A DNA stretch of 64,000 bases from Polymyxa betae A26-41. Lineage: Eukaryota; Protista; Endomyxa: Phytomyxea. The stretch covers positions 152,055 through 216,054 of the forward strand of contig RBZT01000563.1 in the NCBI GenBank assembly GCA_003693705.1, written 5' to 3'. The notes beneath the pieces were generated by a model. That model did no database searches. It was not told the DNA's origin and saw nothing but the letters and a program-made list of their open reading frames with translations. The position numbers were made by a program, and so were the translations under genes. This document shows positions 12,323 through 25,789 of the stretch, piece after piece; within the stretch, counting starts at the first letter, position 1; every line of letters starts with the position of its first letter.

Positions 12323-12993
12323 ATTAGACAATGAAGGGACAAGGCAATAGACGTCTGTTTATGTCTGGGAAGTAAGGGGGGAGGGGTTACCTTTTGTAAG
12401 AGCCATCCATATCCCATATGTTAATGTTACGCTAATGTTGGAGTCATCAAGCTTTAATTCATTTCTCTTAGGATAGAGAGAGACAGATGTGAAAGAAGGC
12501 AGTCATACAGGCAAATTGATGGAAGGCCAATTGTCAGGCGGAGCGTCCGGAGCTGTCGGTCCAAAAATACGTGTACCCAACAATTTATTATTGTGTGGAT
12601 TCCAGTTGGCCATTTTGGCAATCCACGATGCGGACCTGGTTTACTGCCGATACTGGGCGCCTCGAATGGTAATAATGTTATGTTGATATTACAACAAGGT
12701 TGAAAGAGAGGATAAAGCGGAATCGGTATTTGTTAGCGATTCTGCTCAGGTTTGTTTGATTAAGAACCGGGAGGCTTGGTGGTCGAAATCTTTTAAGGCC
12801 GCAATTACTCGCATGCTACTCGAAAGGTTATTTTACCAATTCGAGATGATTTTATATATCTCAGACGTGCTGGCAATAAAACTGATTAAGTGGGAAATTC
12901 AGCAGTCCTGTTTTCTGCCACTGTGAGTCCCGAAAAACAGTGCGCAGAAAAGCAGTCGAGTTTCTGCAAAACTGCGCACGTAACGCAGTTTTT

Positions 12994-14722
12994 TTATTGC
13001 CGGTCAGCAATTTTAAACAAAGCAATCATTCGCTTACCGTATAGGCTTGCTTGAGTTTTACTTGCGATCTGGTCAACTCCCAGCATGGTAAACTGCTGCC
13101 AGTTTTGGACCTGCCCTGATACTGGCACCGCCGCCATTATCACCAGGTTGGTTCCGTCACTGGTTGCGTACTGGCCCATGCATTGACTTGTATGGATAGA
13201 TGGAACAAATACGACTCGATTGCTCAAGTTCGTCGCTTTGGCTATCGTCAGTTAGTATGGGCTTTAACCAGTTTACTTTCTATAGGCAGGCTGTACGCCC
13301 CTGTTACCCTGCTGTGGCCATTCCGTTGCCGGTCTCGTTAATCTTCGTATTCAGGAAATTCGGCACAAGATCGAAGCCAAAGTCGGTTTACTCTCGACTT
13401 TTATTTTCGATCAGTTTTTCTTATGAAACGGTTCATTTTTTAATTCCACCGCTGTACTGACTATGCTGACTGTTCAGACAAAAGGTAAACAATGATGAAT
13501 CCATTTCTTCGAAGCTGACAACGTTTGCCTTTTTTGTTCAATTCGATGCGTTGCTGATCGTTATCCATGCTAGACAACGTAGGGAATACTGCCCCGTGCG
13601 TGTCTGACCCCGTTAAGTTGTTGTTCTGCAGGTCTTCATTCTGGTGCATTTCTCGATCCAATACCGAGTCATTCCGGAACGTGTCTCGGAGGCCTTCTAT
13701 CGTCTCACCAACGTCCAGGTACGAATGTCTCTGAAGCTCTTTTCGATCGTCGCTTACTGACCTGGTTCGCATTTAGGGCCAGATGGAGTCCTTCATATTC
13801 GATGTAAGAAGCGAATCTGTTCCTGATTTATTCGGAATTAATGTTTGCCATTTTCTATAGACGGTCAGAGCCCAGGTTCCAATGATTGTACGTCTGCTAT
13901 TGAGTTCTTGTATTCGTTAACATTGCGCTGAACGTGATCTTGTAGCCATTCGATCAGGTCTTTCTGCAGAAAGAGGTCGGTCTTTCTCTCTGACTTTACT
14001 ATCGTTTTTCTCAAATTTGGCGGTTTGCCGATTTCCCATTCTTTTACCTTGTTCGTTTTATTTGAGTTCTTCGAATCCAACGTTTCCGTTTCTTTCGGTT
14101 GTCACCGATTACTGGATTCGAACTGACGATCTCATTGTTTAACAGGAGATCAGCAAACACATCAAAGAAGGTTTTGTTTCTCGTTATCATCATGATCATT
14201 GCCCGTCTTAACGTCATAATTGTCAGAGCTATCCGAGGCCATGGAATCGTTCGGATACGAGATCATCAACTCGTAATGTGTCAGTGGTCATGCATGACTC
14301 GGCGCTGATCGTACATCTAGACTGATCACCGATATCGAACCGAGCACCGACTTGAAAAACGCCATGAACGAGATCGTTCGTCAGGAGCGCCTGAAAATGG
14401 GTCGGTTGTTGCGGACACGTACCGGCCCCCCCGGTCATACTGACTCGTACGTCTGCCAGCTGCCGAATACCAGGGCGAAACGCAGCGTATCATTGATGTG
14501 AAAACCGCCGAGGCCGAAGGTGAAAAGATTCGTATTCAGGTGCGGTGCAGTTAATGGATGTTTGCGGCTCGCTGAATCCGGTGCGGATGATAGGCGGCGG
14601 CCGATGCTGAAGCCAAGTACTTGAATGGGCAGGGTATCGCCAGGCAGCGTGCTGCCATCATCACAGGTTCGTCCAATTTGCGAATATCGTCCTTTGCAGT
14701 TCTTATGCGAAAGCATTTTCAA
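12994..14722 (-). pseudogene. Unidentified decayed coding remnant (co-oriented broken ORFs)
   Basis: Run of minus-strand ORF pieces (14435-14722, 14229-14438, 13865-14080, 13461-13772, 12994-13227) separated by stops and frameshifts. No family recognised. Confidence 0.25.
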
Positions 14723-16545
14723 TTTTGTGTGTTTTGGGTCTTCGCTTGTATTGTTTCAGGTATGTTATCCACTTATCCTGGTCGCGGTTTGATTAGATTT
14801 TTTCAAAACGGTTTTTGTCGCTGTTAGGGTTTCACTATGAGATTTCTATTAGTAACTGAGTCGAACAAAAGGTATGCGAGACGACGTCCGAAACTTCTCC
14901 AATGCCGTCGGCAACGTTGGCACGAAAGATGTTCTACACCTGATCATCCTAACCCGTACTGTTCCATCTCGTGCTCGAATCTCCTATTTTGATTTGTTGT
15001 GAATCCCGCAGAATACCTGGATACATTGCGAGATGTCGCTGCCAAATCGAACGCCAATGCCGTGTTCGTCCCGCAAAGCGCCACGACACCGACTGTCGCT
15101 GATGGTGTAGGTTACCGTTGTGATCACCCATTGAATATTTGGTTAACGATGTGAGACAGGTCCGAGATGGTTTCCTGCAGGCATCTTTATCGCAAGGACG
15201 AGGGCTTTAAAAGAATCGTCCGTTTTCCTGCTGATTTCCATTGTAATATGAGAGATCGACTTTTTTAAAGTTATTTCTGTGCTGATTGTAGCCGTCCATT
15301 ATCATCTGTCTGCTTTGCCGTCAATTGCTGTGTACCGATTATGGGTCACCAGACTTCACGTCATCAGAATTCACATTCTTAGTTTTTAGTTGGTAGAACG
15401 TTTTCGGCTGTACTTGGTAAATTCGTTTAGCCTGCATGTACATGCATGTTTGTCATCTAGGTAGTATAGAATATTTAATGATTCTTTTGGGCCAAAGATG
15501 GAATTGTTCGCCGCGCTGTTTCTTCTCTCGGTGGACAGGTCGTCAACGAAATCGTTAGAATCCTCTTAGCTTTCCTTGCTGTCAGCATCTTGAGTTTTCA
15601 AGCGATCTATTGTTGATAAGCCTGGAGTGAACACGATATTTGCCACCGTCAACGCACCCAACGTTTTCTACAGGTTATGTTGTTTTCAACAATTAGGGAA
15701 AATACCAATAGAAATCGCAATAAAAAACAATCATTCTTAGCGCCATAATCATAATATCGCCTTGATCTGTGAAGCTTTCTCTGAGAATGATGTTGATTAG
15801 AGCACAAAGGATTGGTACTTTGATATTATTTTGTCTTCAATAAGAGATAAGTGAATCCATACAGATCCGATTATGGCGGTTCCAGTTATCGATATAACAG
15901 TGCCCAGATGATCGATTAAACAGGTAGCTACAAGAAACGATGATCTTATCTGTTACTAACGATGAAGTTTAGTTGTTGGAGCATCCTCAGCAAGAATCAA
16001 TGGGAGGGAATCTGATTAGAAATTACAGAGAGAAATACACCAGATAGTATACCAGGTCCAGAGCGATATCATGCTGCCTTTGAGCCAGATATTCGTCATC
16101 CATCATCATTGAACGAATCGATTTCCAAAGAGTTTCCGTGTTCGGATGGCTTATCGTTGCCATCTTCCCTCCATTTATTGCTGACAAATTCGCCGATATT
16201 CTCGAGCCTGATTTCTGAAGAACCTTGATGGCAGATAGCAGCTGCATTCGCCCAAATGTATGCGAAATGGGACCAACAGCTTGATTTTCTTAGCAATGAA
16301 TGCTTGGAAATCAACCCGGAGGAAATCCCCAGTCATACACTCTGGCGATGCATAACCTGCTTTACCGCCGAATAAGATCCCAAATCTCCCATGTCAAGCC
16401 ATGATGATATTGTTGGACATGTTGTGTCAGAACACTATAAGAGACAGATCTCTCTATCTGTAATCAGCTGAATTGATTAATAGACGAATAGTTGCGCTTA
16501 TGTAAGTCATTATTATTACTATAGAGAGAGTATATAGTGGTGATT

Positions 16546-18293
16546 ATGACCGCCATTGATTTAGACGTCTTCCTTGATGCTATCCATGATTTCAGCTCCC
16601 TACCTCTCATAGCTATAGAGCAGCATCCAGACAAGGTCGAGGAGTTCCTGCAACGTATTGGTGGGATATCGGTCTGCCGCAGGCCCAGCCCGTGTCTAAA
16701 ACCCTAACCTCGGCCAGGTCTTACTCGGGGCTCTCGCCGCCCCGATCGACGACGATATCGTTCGTGATGATATCGCTCGCTGCTTCCGCTTGGTCCTGGC
16801 CTCTCCTTCTGGTCGTCTCGCCCTAACATCATATCCATCCATCTCACAAGCACTATTAACCGGGCTACACCATCAGGACGAATTCGTCCGCCAGATCGCC
16901 GCCGAACAATTGCTGGGCCTGTACGTTCAGGACGGGATTCGCGATCGGCTGCGGGCCGTACTGGCCGCCGACGACGTGTTCGGCGGCGTTGTGGAGTCGC
17001 TGGCGGACCCGTCGACTTCGGTGGCCGAGAATATCGCCAATCTGTTGGTGGAGATTGGCGATACGAAGAGGTTCTTTGGCGATACGTTACGATCACGTAT
17101 CAAGAGCGTCGCGGAATCCGATGCCACCGTACTGATCCGCGTCCTGACCCTGGCCGCCCGAATGGGGAATCTGTCCGAGCAGGGATTCCGCGAATTTCAG
17201 GAGAGCGGCGTACTGGCCGATGCCATGGCCAGGCTGATGGATGGTGGTGATGATCCACTGCTACAAATGTCGCTGTTTGCTGTTGTGGCGGAGATAGCGA
17301 GATCCAGGTCAGGGCTGCAATATCTGATAGAGGTCAGCCCTAAGGCGCTGGAAACCCTAAACCCTAGTCTGACCCTGGCCCAGGTTCCTCTTGGCTCTTT
17401 ACTACGCCGATTCTCTCCCGGTTCTGTCGATGTATTCGTGACAAGTTCCGCTCTGAACATATTGGACTCTATTGTTGATCAGTCCATTAAGTTCGATATG
17501 ATCAGATGGATTCATGACACCGATCTACGTGCATTCCTAACAGCCGCTATAGAGAGCCGAGACGAGGCCGTACTGGAGCCCGGTATTGCGGCCACCGCTG
17601 CGATCGGCAAATGCTACGCGGGCCTATGCGAATTCACGCAGGACCAGCACGACCTGCTGTTCCATCTGCCGCGGATCGCGATGCGCCCGGCTCTGTCGAC
17701 GAACGCACTGATCATCGCCGTGCTACATGGGTTGGCGACCGTGTTCGCGGCCCGGTACGACCGCCCGGAACAGGCCCGCGCGGACGCGCTGCGTGCCGCC
17801 ATTATCCGCGGTACGCTCGCTGATGATCGAGCTGAGGGCGTCGAACATGCTCTGCGATTTATGACGAAGATCAAGAAGTGGTGCAACAATATCGAAAATG
17901 GCAATTTGAAATTTGTTCGGTTTTGAGGGTTTCTCTTTATATTTGTATTGTAGATCTTCGTGTAGCATCGTACCGGTTCCTATCAGAATTTGGTCGATCA
18001 CGGTTTGGCCTCGAAGCGATCATATCGGCCCCGGGCCTGATCGAGACCCTGCTGGATCAGCATCGCGAACACGAATCGAAAGCGAACCTATGGCGGTTTT
18101 CGGTCGTGCAAGCCCTGTCGACGAATCCCTCGCTGGAAGACCTGGCTTCGGGGACGCCGGGCCTGGCCAGCCATATCCGCCAGCATGTCCACGAGGTCTA
18201 CCATCCTGCTCTACTCCATTCGTTGTTTATTTCTGATTGGTTTTATAGGGCCCGTATCATAAAGGTACCAGTACAGACGTTGCTGTATTATAA
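16546..18293 (+). CDS. PSMD5: 26S proteasome assembly chaperone PSMD5/Hsm3 (ARM/HEAT repeats)
   Basis: ATG 16546; introns 16672-16717, 17333-17383, 17901-17953 (GC-AG) and ~18196-18248. Motifs DDPLLQMSLFAVV, APGLIETLLD..RE, WRFSVV and C-terminal EGPYH..STDVAVL, matching the PSMD5 EGPYY tail. Confidence 0.8.
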
Positions 18294-18569
18294 AACATTT
18301 TGGGGACTTAATAAGTCGTTCCCAAACTGGAATTCGCTGAAACTATTTTTGATCTCGAATCCCATAATTATCAAAAACGACACAGAAATAAACTTAAGCG
18401 AAATCGTGGGCGAACGCGCCCCGGCGATGCGTTTGACCGGCTGGCTGCCTGACGCCGTAGGACAGTACGACACCTGAGGCAAGTGCGTTCGCCGTGCCGT
18501 GTGTCAGGGGCCGGCACGGCCCCCCAACGACTGCGCCAGACGACGACGGCCGCTGGGCGTCCCTTCATC

Positions 18570-20434
18570 ATGGTGATCTGGTCGAAGCTGATCCCTCGAT
18601 TCGGGACGGAAGCCCGGCGCCGTACCCATACCCGGCAGCGATGGCGTATGGCGATCCCGGCCGTCGCTGGACATTTATGTATCGGCTCGCCCTATGCATG
18701 GAGCCTAATAGCAGATCCAATGACCCGCGAACTTGGCATTGTGGCATCTGCTGCGGCTGATTGGGGATTGCCGGCAACAGCCGGGGTCATGTCGGTCACG
18801 TTCGCTGTGCAGGGGATCACATCGGCCCTCGTCGGGAACTGGCAGAATCGGGTCGGGCCGACGATCGCGGTCGGGACGGCGGCCTTATCGTTCGGTAGCG
18901 GGCTCATGTATGCTGATCATCGTGTGAAAATTCTGTTTACTTTTTTTATAAATTTTCTATCAGGTTGGCGGGTTATGGTCTATCCCAGCATAATCTTGCA
19001 TTAGTATATGCTGGTTATGGAGTTCTAGGTGGAATTGGTGTTGGTCTAGCATACACACCACCATTACAAGTCCTGTAAGTTCACCATCTTTTTTTGTAGT
19101 ATTTTTTTTCAACTTGTTGTGTTCAGAATGGAATATTTTCCTGATAAGAAGGCGATGGCGTCGGGTGTGACCGTGGCTGGATTCGGTAGCGGTGCACTTC
19201 TGTTCGCCCCAGTCGCCAACAAGCTCATGGAATACTTCCGTCGATCGCCCGAATATCTTGGCCTGGCCGATGTGAACGTCGTCCCTCAAGAAGGACGCCT
19301 GTTCGCCGACGTCTCGGGCAAGCTTGTCGAGGTCGTGATGGCGTCCGGGTCGACCTTCTTCGAGGATGGCTATTACGTAATCGGAACCGGATCCACCGGT
19401 ATCGCCGAAACGCTCGGCGTGCTTGGCGCCGCCTATCTCGCGGCAATGCTGGCCGCCGCCTGGGGACTTCGTAAAGCTCCTGCCGTCGCCGAGAAACCCA
19501 TCGACGACAATGCCCCTGCCAGCCTGGGCGCTAAAGGCAACGTTCATTCGAGTGTGATCATGAAGACGCCTCAATTCTGGAATCTCTGCTTGACGTTCTT
19601 CTGTGTCACAAGCGGCGGTTTAGCCTTGCTCAGTGTCGCCAAACCGCTCATGCTGCAGACGTTCGCCTCGACGATCCCGGAGCTGGTGACGCCCAGCGTC
19701 GGGTCCGGGTTCGTGGTGGCGTTGGCTGCCGGGAATCTGTCCGGGCGCCTAGCCTGGCCGCTGATCGCTCAACAAATCGGCTTCAAGAACACGGTCAATA
19801 TCATGACGGCGGCGGCAGGCGGTCTGTTCGTCGGCATGCCGACTTTGATCAATTCAGTGGCGTCGTCGCATGCGACCTTGCCATTCTACGGTTTCGTCGG
19901 ATCATCAGTGGCAATCGTCTCGATTATGGGAGGAATGTACGCCCTCATGCCTGCCTACGAGAGCTACAAATTCGGGCCCAAATACGTCGGCTCTAATCAT
20001 GGTCAGCGAGTTTCGATTTTGTTTTGCACAATGTTTGAGATATTGCAGGTCGAATGCTTCTGGGATCGACGGCGTCATCTGTTGCTGGTCCCGTCCTGCT
20101 TCTATCGCTGCGCGAGCAAAGCGTCCATGATTCATTCAAAGATCTGCTGGCCAAGGTCGACCCGGCTATGTTCGAGCATCGATTCGGGATTCCATTGTCG
20201 GAGGCTACCGAAGCGATTGTCACGGGAAGGATCACTTTAAAGAATCTATCGCCGCTCATTCCCGATCTTGTGGATCCATCCATATTTGTGTATAATTCGA
20301 CATTGTATTCGATGAGTGCCTTGATGGTATTTGCTTATGCGATGCACGCTCGTGTGAAACCAGTCGATTCCAAGTTCTTTGAGACACCCGAAGAAGCTGC
20401 CGCTAGAGGTGTGCATTCCGGCGGCGGTCATTAA
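18570..20434 (+). CDS. MFS transporter, oxalate:formate antiporter (OFA) family
   Basis: RWRMAIPAVAGHLCIGSPYAWS, LGGIGVGLAYTPPLQ, YFPDKKAMASGVTVAGFGSGA, KTPQFW, GNLSGRLAW, FGPKYVGSNHGRML; 3 introns. Confidence 0.9.
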
Positions 20435-20478
20435 ACCGTTGACGGCGCTCATAAATTATCCGAATCAATTGTTATTTA

Positions 20479-22092
20479 TCATGATGAGCCTCTTAATCCA
20501 TGAGTGCTTACGTAATATATAATAGTGGTAATCACGAGAATAAACACGATCGAGGTCGGATAGAAATCCGTTACGAACCCAGACAAGACAATCGCGAAGC
20601 AAGCCGATGCGAACGTCAGTGGCGACGCCGGAAAGCATTGCATCCGAAACGATTCGCCGATCGTACTGCCCCTTAAACGAATCACTGCCAGGCCAGCTAA
20701 GCCTGCAAATAACCATGTGGCGACTCCTGAGTAATTAATCAAGATCGAAAGGTTGTTGCCAAGTAAGACCAGAACGCAGGACCAGGCGCATAACGCCATC
20801 GTGGAATTTGCAGGGACGCCTGCCTTATTCACTTTGCCGAACCATTCTGAAAACCGCAGCTTAGCAATTTCAGAATTACAACGAATCTGGTTATACAACG
20901 GACCACTGAAAATGCCATCTCGACCTGCAGCATAGAACAACCTTGCTTGACCAAAGATGGTGGCATGCGCAGCTCCCATTGTCGCTAACATGATTGCTAG
21001 CGATAGAGCGATGGCGAAGGCCTCGCCTCCGACTTTCATGGCGAATGTGTAGCCAATGGAATCGGATGTTGCCAAAACCAGAGGGTCTATTACTCTCAGG
21101 TAAGCACTGCAATAAATGTTGATTAGATAGAAAGTCTAATCGACTAGATTGGTGCCATACTAATTGCAGAAAATGTATAAAGTGATGACGGTGAACATTC
21201 CGAAGAATGTACCGAGCGGGAGGTCCTTTTTCGGATTGTTGAACTCTTCTGATAGAGCGCACACTGAATTGTATCCAGAATATGCCCATAGAGCGCCCAG
21301 AGTCCCCAAACCGAACTTCCCTGGACTAGTTCCAGCAAAACAATCCGATAAACTGGAGAAGTTAGCGCCATCCATGAGAGATTGCGGTGTAAAGAACAGA
21401 GCCTGACAGAGTGGCATCAATGGCGATTTTAGAATGCAAAGCGACTCTTACAATAATAATCATGAAGACAGCAGCAACTTTGAAGACAACCATGGCTTGC
21501 TGAATTTCGGCCGATTGTTGGACCCCTTTTCTATTTACATGAGCTAAAACAACGATTAAGCCCACAGCTACGATTCCATGCGCTATTCCAGAGTTGATGT
21601 TGAAGATTGCCATAAAGTATTTAGCAAAGACGGTTGCCTCAATAGCTATGCTGCCTGAAGACAGCGCTAAGAAAGAGACGACAAGGAACGAGAAGGAGAT
21701 GCTCTTGTTGAAAGCTTTCTCGAAATAAGCAGCTTCTGCAGCAGAATTGACATGTCCTGTTGCTAGCTCTACATAGCATAAAGCTCCAAGAATGCTGAGA
21801 AACCCAGAGAACACCCAGACCAGAACTGAAGCGCAAGCAGAGCCTGCTGCAGCATATACAAGACCAGGTGTACTAAAGATACCGCTTCCTAAACAATCAA
21901 GTTTCGTGTTGGTCGTCTACGAGCACCATTTCATACATACGCACCGATTATATTGCAAATGATCGTGCTGTAGGCATCCTTCAGACCCAGCTTTCCTTTT
22001 AGCACTGGTTTTGAATCGAATTGCAACGGAGCCGTCTCGAGTCCTTCATCGGGATCAGTCACATGTAACAGCGCTCCGAGACGATCGACCAT
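20479..22092 (-). CDS. APC-superfamily L-type amino acid transporter (SLC7/LAT-like)
   Basis: IIGSGIFSTPGLV, WVFSGFLSILGALCYVELAT, ALWAYSGYN, EEFNNPKKDLP, QARLFYAAGRDG; multiple transmembrane segments. Confidence 0.92.
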
Positions 22093-22222
22093 AAATGGCG
22101 TCTTCTGAACCCAAAATGAAACTGAAAGAACTTCTCTATGTTGTCGAAACTACACATGCGACCCTTTACTGAGCTCTGTGTCTCGATAATGGAAAGGGGC
22201 CCGGCCTCTCTTACACGAGAGT

Positions 22223-22232
22223 GTAATGTTAC
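22223..22232. promoter_or_regulatory. Candidate promoter motif GTAATGTTAC
   Basis: 131 bp upstream of the LAT ATG. The same 10-mer occurs at 37838 (reverse complement) and 57559, with near-copies upstream of other genes. Confidence 0.4.
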
Positions 22233-22382
22233 CTCTAGAACCTGATGGCGGGTCTGAACTCCAACAAGATGAGCTCAGCCATGGTACTATTCTGTACGAG
22301 GCAAAGAACATCTATAGGATAGATCGGCTAAGAAACATGTGAATAAGTGTTTGGATCGTTTTAATGCTTCGCGAGACGCAGC

Positions 22383-22915
22383 TCATTCTTCCAAATCTCC
22401 TGTGTACTGGACTCCAGGGAATCTTCCTTCGAGGCGATCGTCATTCCATTTCTCAAGCTAGGCCAGATGTAAATAGAAGATACGATATTTGGTCAAGAGA
22501 CAGACCCAGCCGGTAGGGCAAATGCTTCGGAAGTAATGCTTCAGCTTTAAGCAATCCGGGTCCGTTGGTGATTTATCACGAGCGCAGAGAAGGAATTCGT
22601 TATAACGAGTCCAGCAGTGTCGGCTTTGATTTGTCGTCGGGAATCGGAAATCGATCGGAGCGGTCGTCGGCTTTCGAAACCGTTCCGGGAGATTCTCAAA
22701 TGGGACATTTTCGGGATCCGGTGACAAATCAGAAGTTGGCTCTTCCGGTGCTTTGTCGCCAACGACTATCCAAATAAATGAATAAAAATTATCAGGAAAA
22801 ACGTTCTAAAAAAGCGCGAGATTTGAAACCCAATCCTACCAGCCGCGGTGTCCTGAGACGACGTCGGCGCCTGTAATTCTCCAGCAGTTGGGATCTTGTG
22901 CAGATCGACACCCAT
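22383..22915 (-). CDS. COX6B: Cytochrome c oxidase subunit 6B
   Basis: TAPIDFRFPTTNQSRHCWTRYNEFLLC..DPDC..FRSICPTGW|LEKWNDDRLEGRFPG; 2 introns; N-terminal extension from ATG 22915. Confidence 0.95.
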
Positions 22916-23184
22916 GGTTATAAGCAGACGTGATCACGTTGGGATCGATACGCGGCTGTATAGAAATGGGAAACCCCTTTCAAAAACAATACGTCTTATT
23001 AAGGCAACTGAGACGTGAATGGGAACATAGCGCAGTTATCTCCATCATATACAAACTTCTACTTTTTTCTATGTTCTATACTATCAAAGCAGCTTGGCTT
23101 TGAAGCCGAAGTCAATCCGTTCAGCAAGTCAATGGCGACTTCGTAATTGTATGATTGGTTAATAGATAAACAGATATGACATGG

Positions 23185-25159
23185 TTACGGTTTAATCCCT
23201 ATGTCTACGACCGAGTTCTTCTTCGAACCTGCCTGGCTAGAGGGCTTCGGTTCGAATAGCTCAGCCGGCAATCCATCGAACGAGGGTCGTCGTTCATTGA
23301 TCAAGTCTGCGGAATGGGCGCTCTTGAAGTCCTGAACCGCCGCCGCAATGGCGTCTTTGCCTTGAGAAAGCAGCCCTTGGGGTACCATCTTGTTTGGTGT
23401 CAGCTGCTTCAGCTGAATAACCAGCTCGTTGTGCTCCCGAAGTGTCTTGTACACACGAACAAGCTTGGTCACAGCTAGAACTTTTTCTTTTAGAATGCCT
23501 CCTCGTTTTGCCAGCAGTTGGGACTTCTTAGTATTCTTTACTTTGATTGCAACAGGCTCGCTTTCGCTGTCGCTCTCTGATTCGGAGGCGTCTCCATTCG
23601 ACCCGATTACAGACGCCAGCATGTCGGTTACCTTTTCAGCAACGAATGGCAGCGACCACGAAAAAACGTCCATGAAGTTTGGGAGGTAATACGGGTGCTC
23701 ACAGTTCATAAACTGGCGAATGTTCAGCAGCTCGTCGTCAAAGTGCAAGCAGGCGCCCTTGTTCCGGTACACATCACTAAACACGGTCAACGTTTACTCT
23801 GCAATGCACAAACAGCTTGCGATTCTTACCAATAATTCGGAGCTAAAGAGCATTACGTTAGCAAAATGGAAGGAAAATCCGAGGTTAGACCTACCGCTGA
23901 ATATTGTTATTATTCTTGGTATACCGTGTTTGTTCTGCATCTGCATGCGATAACCTTCCAGCTGGGCTTCGTGCGCCCGAATGATAGCTGTCAAGTGGTT
24001 TTTCTTCAAGAACGTATCGACAGCAGAGACGCCGAATACGAACGAGCACTGACGCGTCTCGTTGTACATAAACCAGGAATCTGGTGAATCTCCATTCTGT
24101 TGCTTTAATGGACTCGCCGAAGCAGGGTTACGTCTGATACCGTCTTCGCTAGCCGCCTCGTGCTCCTGGTTCTCGTCAAATGGATCCGACCACAATAGGT
24201 CGCACATGGGTCCTTCTCGCGGAACTTCTCGAAACCGCTCGATATCGTTAATATCGTTCAGAAGAGTGATATCTGGAGACAGTCCTCCATGCATACAGAG
24301 GAACTTCTCGTTGATAGTTGCTGCCAGCGGTAGGCAATCAAAAGAGTCCATGAACTCGTTATACAGTTCGATTGTATACTTGAACACACATTCATCGCGA
24401 AAATTAAAGAACGAGGTCAGATGCCGGCATTCGTGATTACCTCGAAGCATGAAAAACGTATCCGGATGGGAAATCTTGACCGCATATAGATACAGCAAAA
24501 CCTCACAGGAAAAACAGCCTCGATCAACATAATCTCCCTATAAAAATAATTAAAGACGAGCAGTAAGCATGGAAGGATAGTGTTACAAGGAAGAGATACT
24601 GAACTTCAGCAGGATCGCCACCGACTTGCAGTAATCTCATCATATCGTAATATTGGCCATGCAGATCGCCACAGACCGTGATAGGGTCGTGAAGATGCAA
24701 GAGATTAGGCTCCTTACGAAAGACAGCCGACGCCGTTTCGATAATGCGAACAGCACAGCCATGCGTGATTTTGCCTTCGCGAAGAAAATGGTTCTTGAGA
24801 AGCTCAAGGTTAGGCAGCCGGCCATTGTCCTTGGTGAATAGCATTTCTTCGGTCATAGGACGCCGAGGGATAGGAGAAACCGAGGTCACAACGCGATCGT
24901 CGTGAGGCTCTGCAAGACTCCCATCTGGAATCTTTGCTGCGATTGCAGCATTGATGGCAGCAGCGGTAGGCGGCAGCGCTTTAGATTCTTGATCTGAAGG
25001 CAAGGGGGTTTTCTTGCCGAAGTCATCCTCTTCCTCGTCTGAAGGTTTCTCTAACTCGTCTAATTCCTTATGGTTCAAATTGCTGACAGCGTCATCAGCT
25101 TTCGGAGCCTGCGGTTCGAGATCGGAAGGAAGAGCACCTGCTGTTGACGATTTCATCAT
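23185..25159 (-). CDS. CNA1: Calcineurin catalytic subunit A (PP2B)
   Basis: GDLHGQYYD, GDYVDRG, LRGNHE, RAHEAQ, FSAPNYCDVY; CnB-binding HPYYLPNFMDVFSWSLPFVAEKV; calmodulin-binding LKEKVLAVTKLVRVYKTLRE; autoinhibitory DLINERRP. Includes a 13-nt exon at 23830-23842. Confidence 0.96.
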
Positions 25160-25789
25160 GAAACAGCTAAAGCTATAGCGTCAAAAACTACTGTTGATTA
25201 GACTTTAGACTCTTCAGAATTCACCACAGCCAGCCTGGTATCTTTCCATGTACTAGATCGATCCCGCACCTTCAGATTTCCTTTATATATTCAATCTTCT
25301 GCAAGGTACGTCAGGCTTGGAGCAAGTTTCAGAAAATATCGATATCATTCAAATCATACCATACTTAGACTTAAAGCTTTACACAGTTCAAGCAGATACA
25401 CCGAGCCTGATTGCAATGCTTTTGATCTTAAAGCTCCATCAATTATGACATAATAATAAAGCTATACCACCTATCAGGTGCCACAACAAAATGAGCAATT
25501 AGATAATTCTATGCGTTGGAATTCTTAGGAGACTCAATGGTCAATAGTAAGCAGACACTGGACTGTAAAATCTAAACTAATATGCATGGACCTTTGAAAT
25601 CATCAGAGGCTGTACTCGAAAGCAGTAGCATGGTAACTTCGTAATCCCTGGATTCATAGCAACAAATGAAATGCCTTTGATATGAGAGTTCACGCAGTTT
25701 TAAAAGGATCTCTATTGCGTGGCCTTCTGTGACAACGCTACTGGAAAAGTTTCGATACTGTTAGTGACATAGAGAATTGAATTCACATT

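Noticed and set aside
12968-12996. Hairpin plus T-run as a rho-independent terminator or Helitron end
   Set aside because: Eukaryotic context, no gene ending there on the plus strand, and no CTRR terminus at the expected distance.
16260-16400. GKAGYASPEC as a kinase activation-segment relic
   Set aside because: No HRD, DFG or other kinase motifs nearby.
25222-25236. CACAGCCAGCC as a Crz1/CDRE site in the calcineurin-ENA spacer
   Set aside because: Short imperfect match, and Crz1 is a fungal factor with no evidence for it here.
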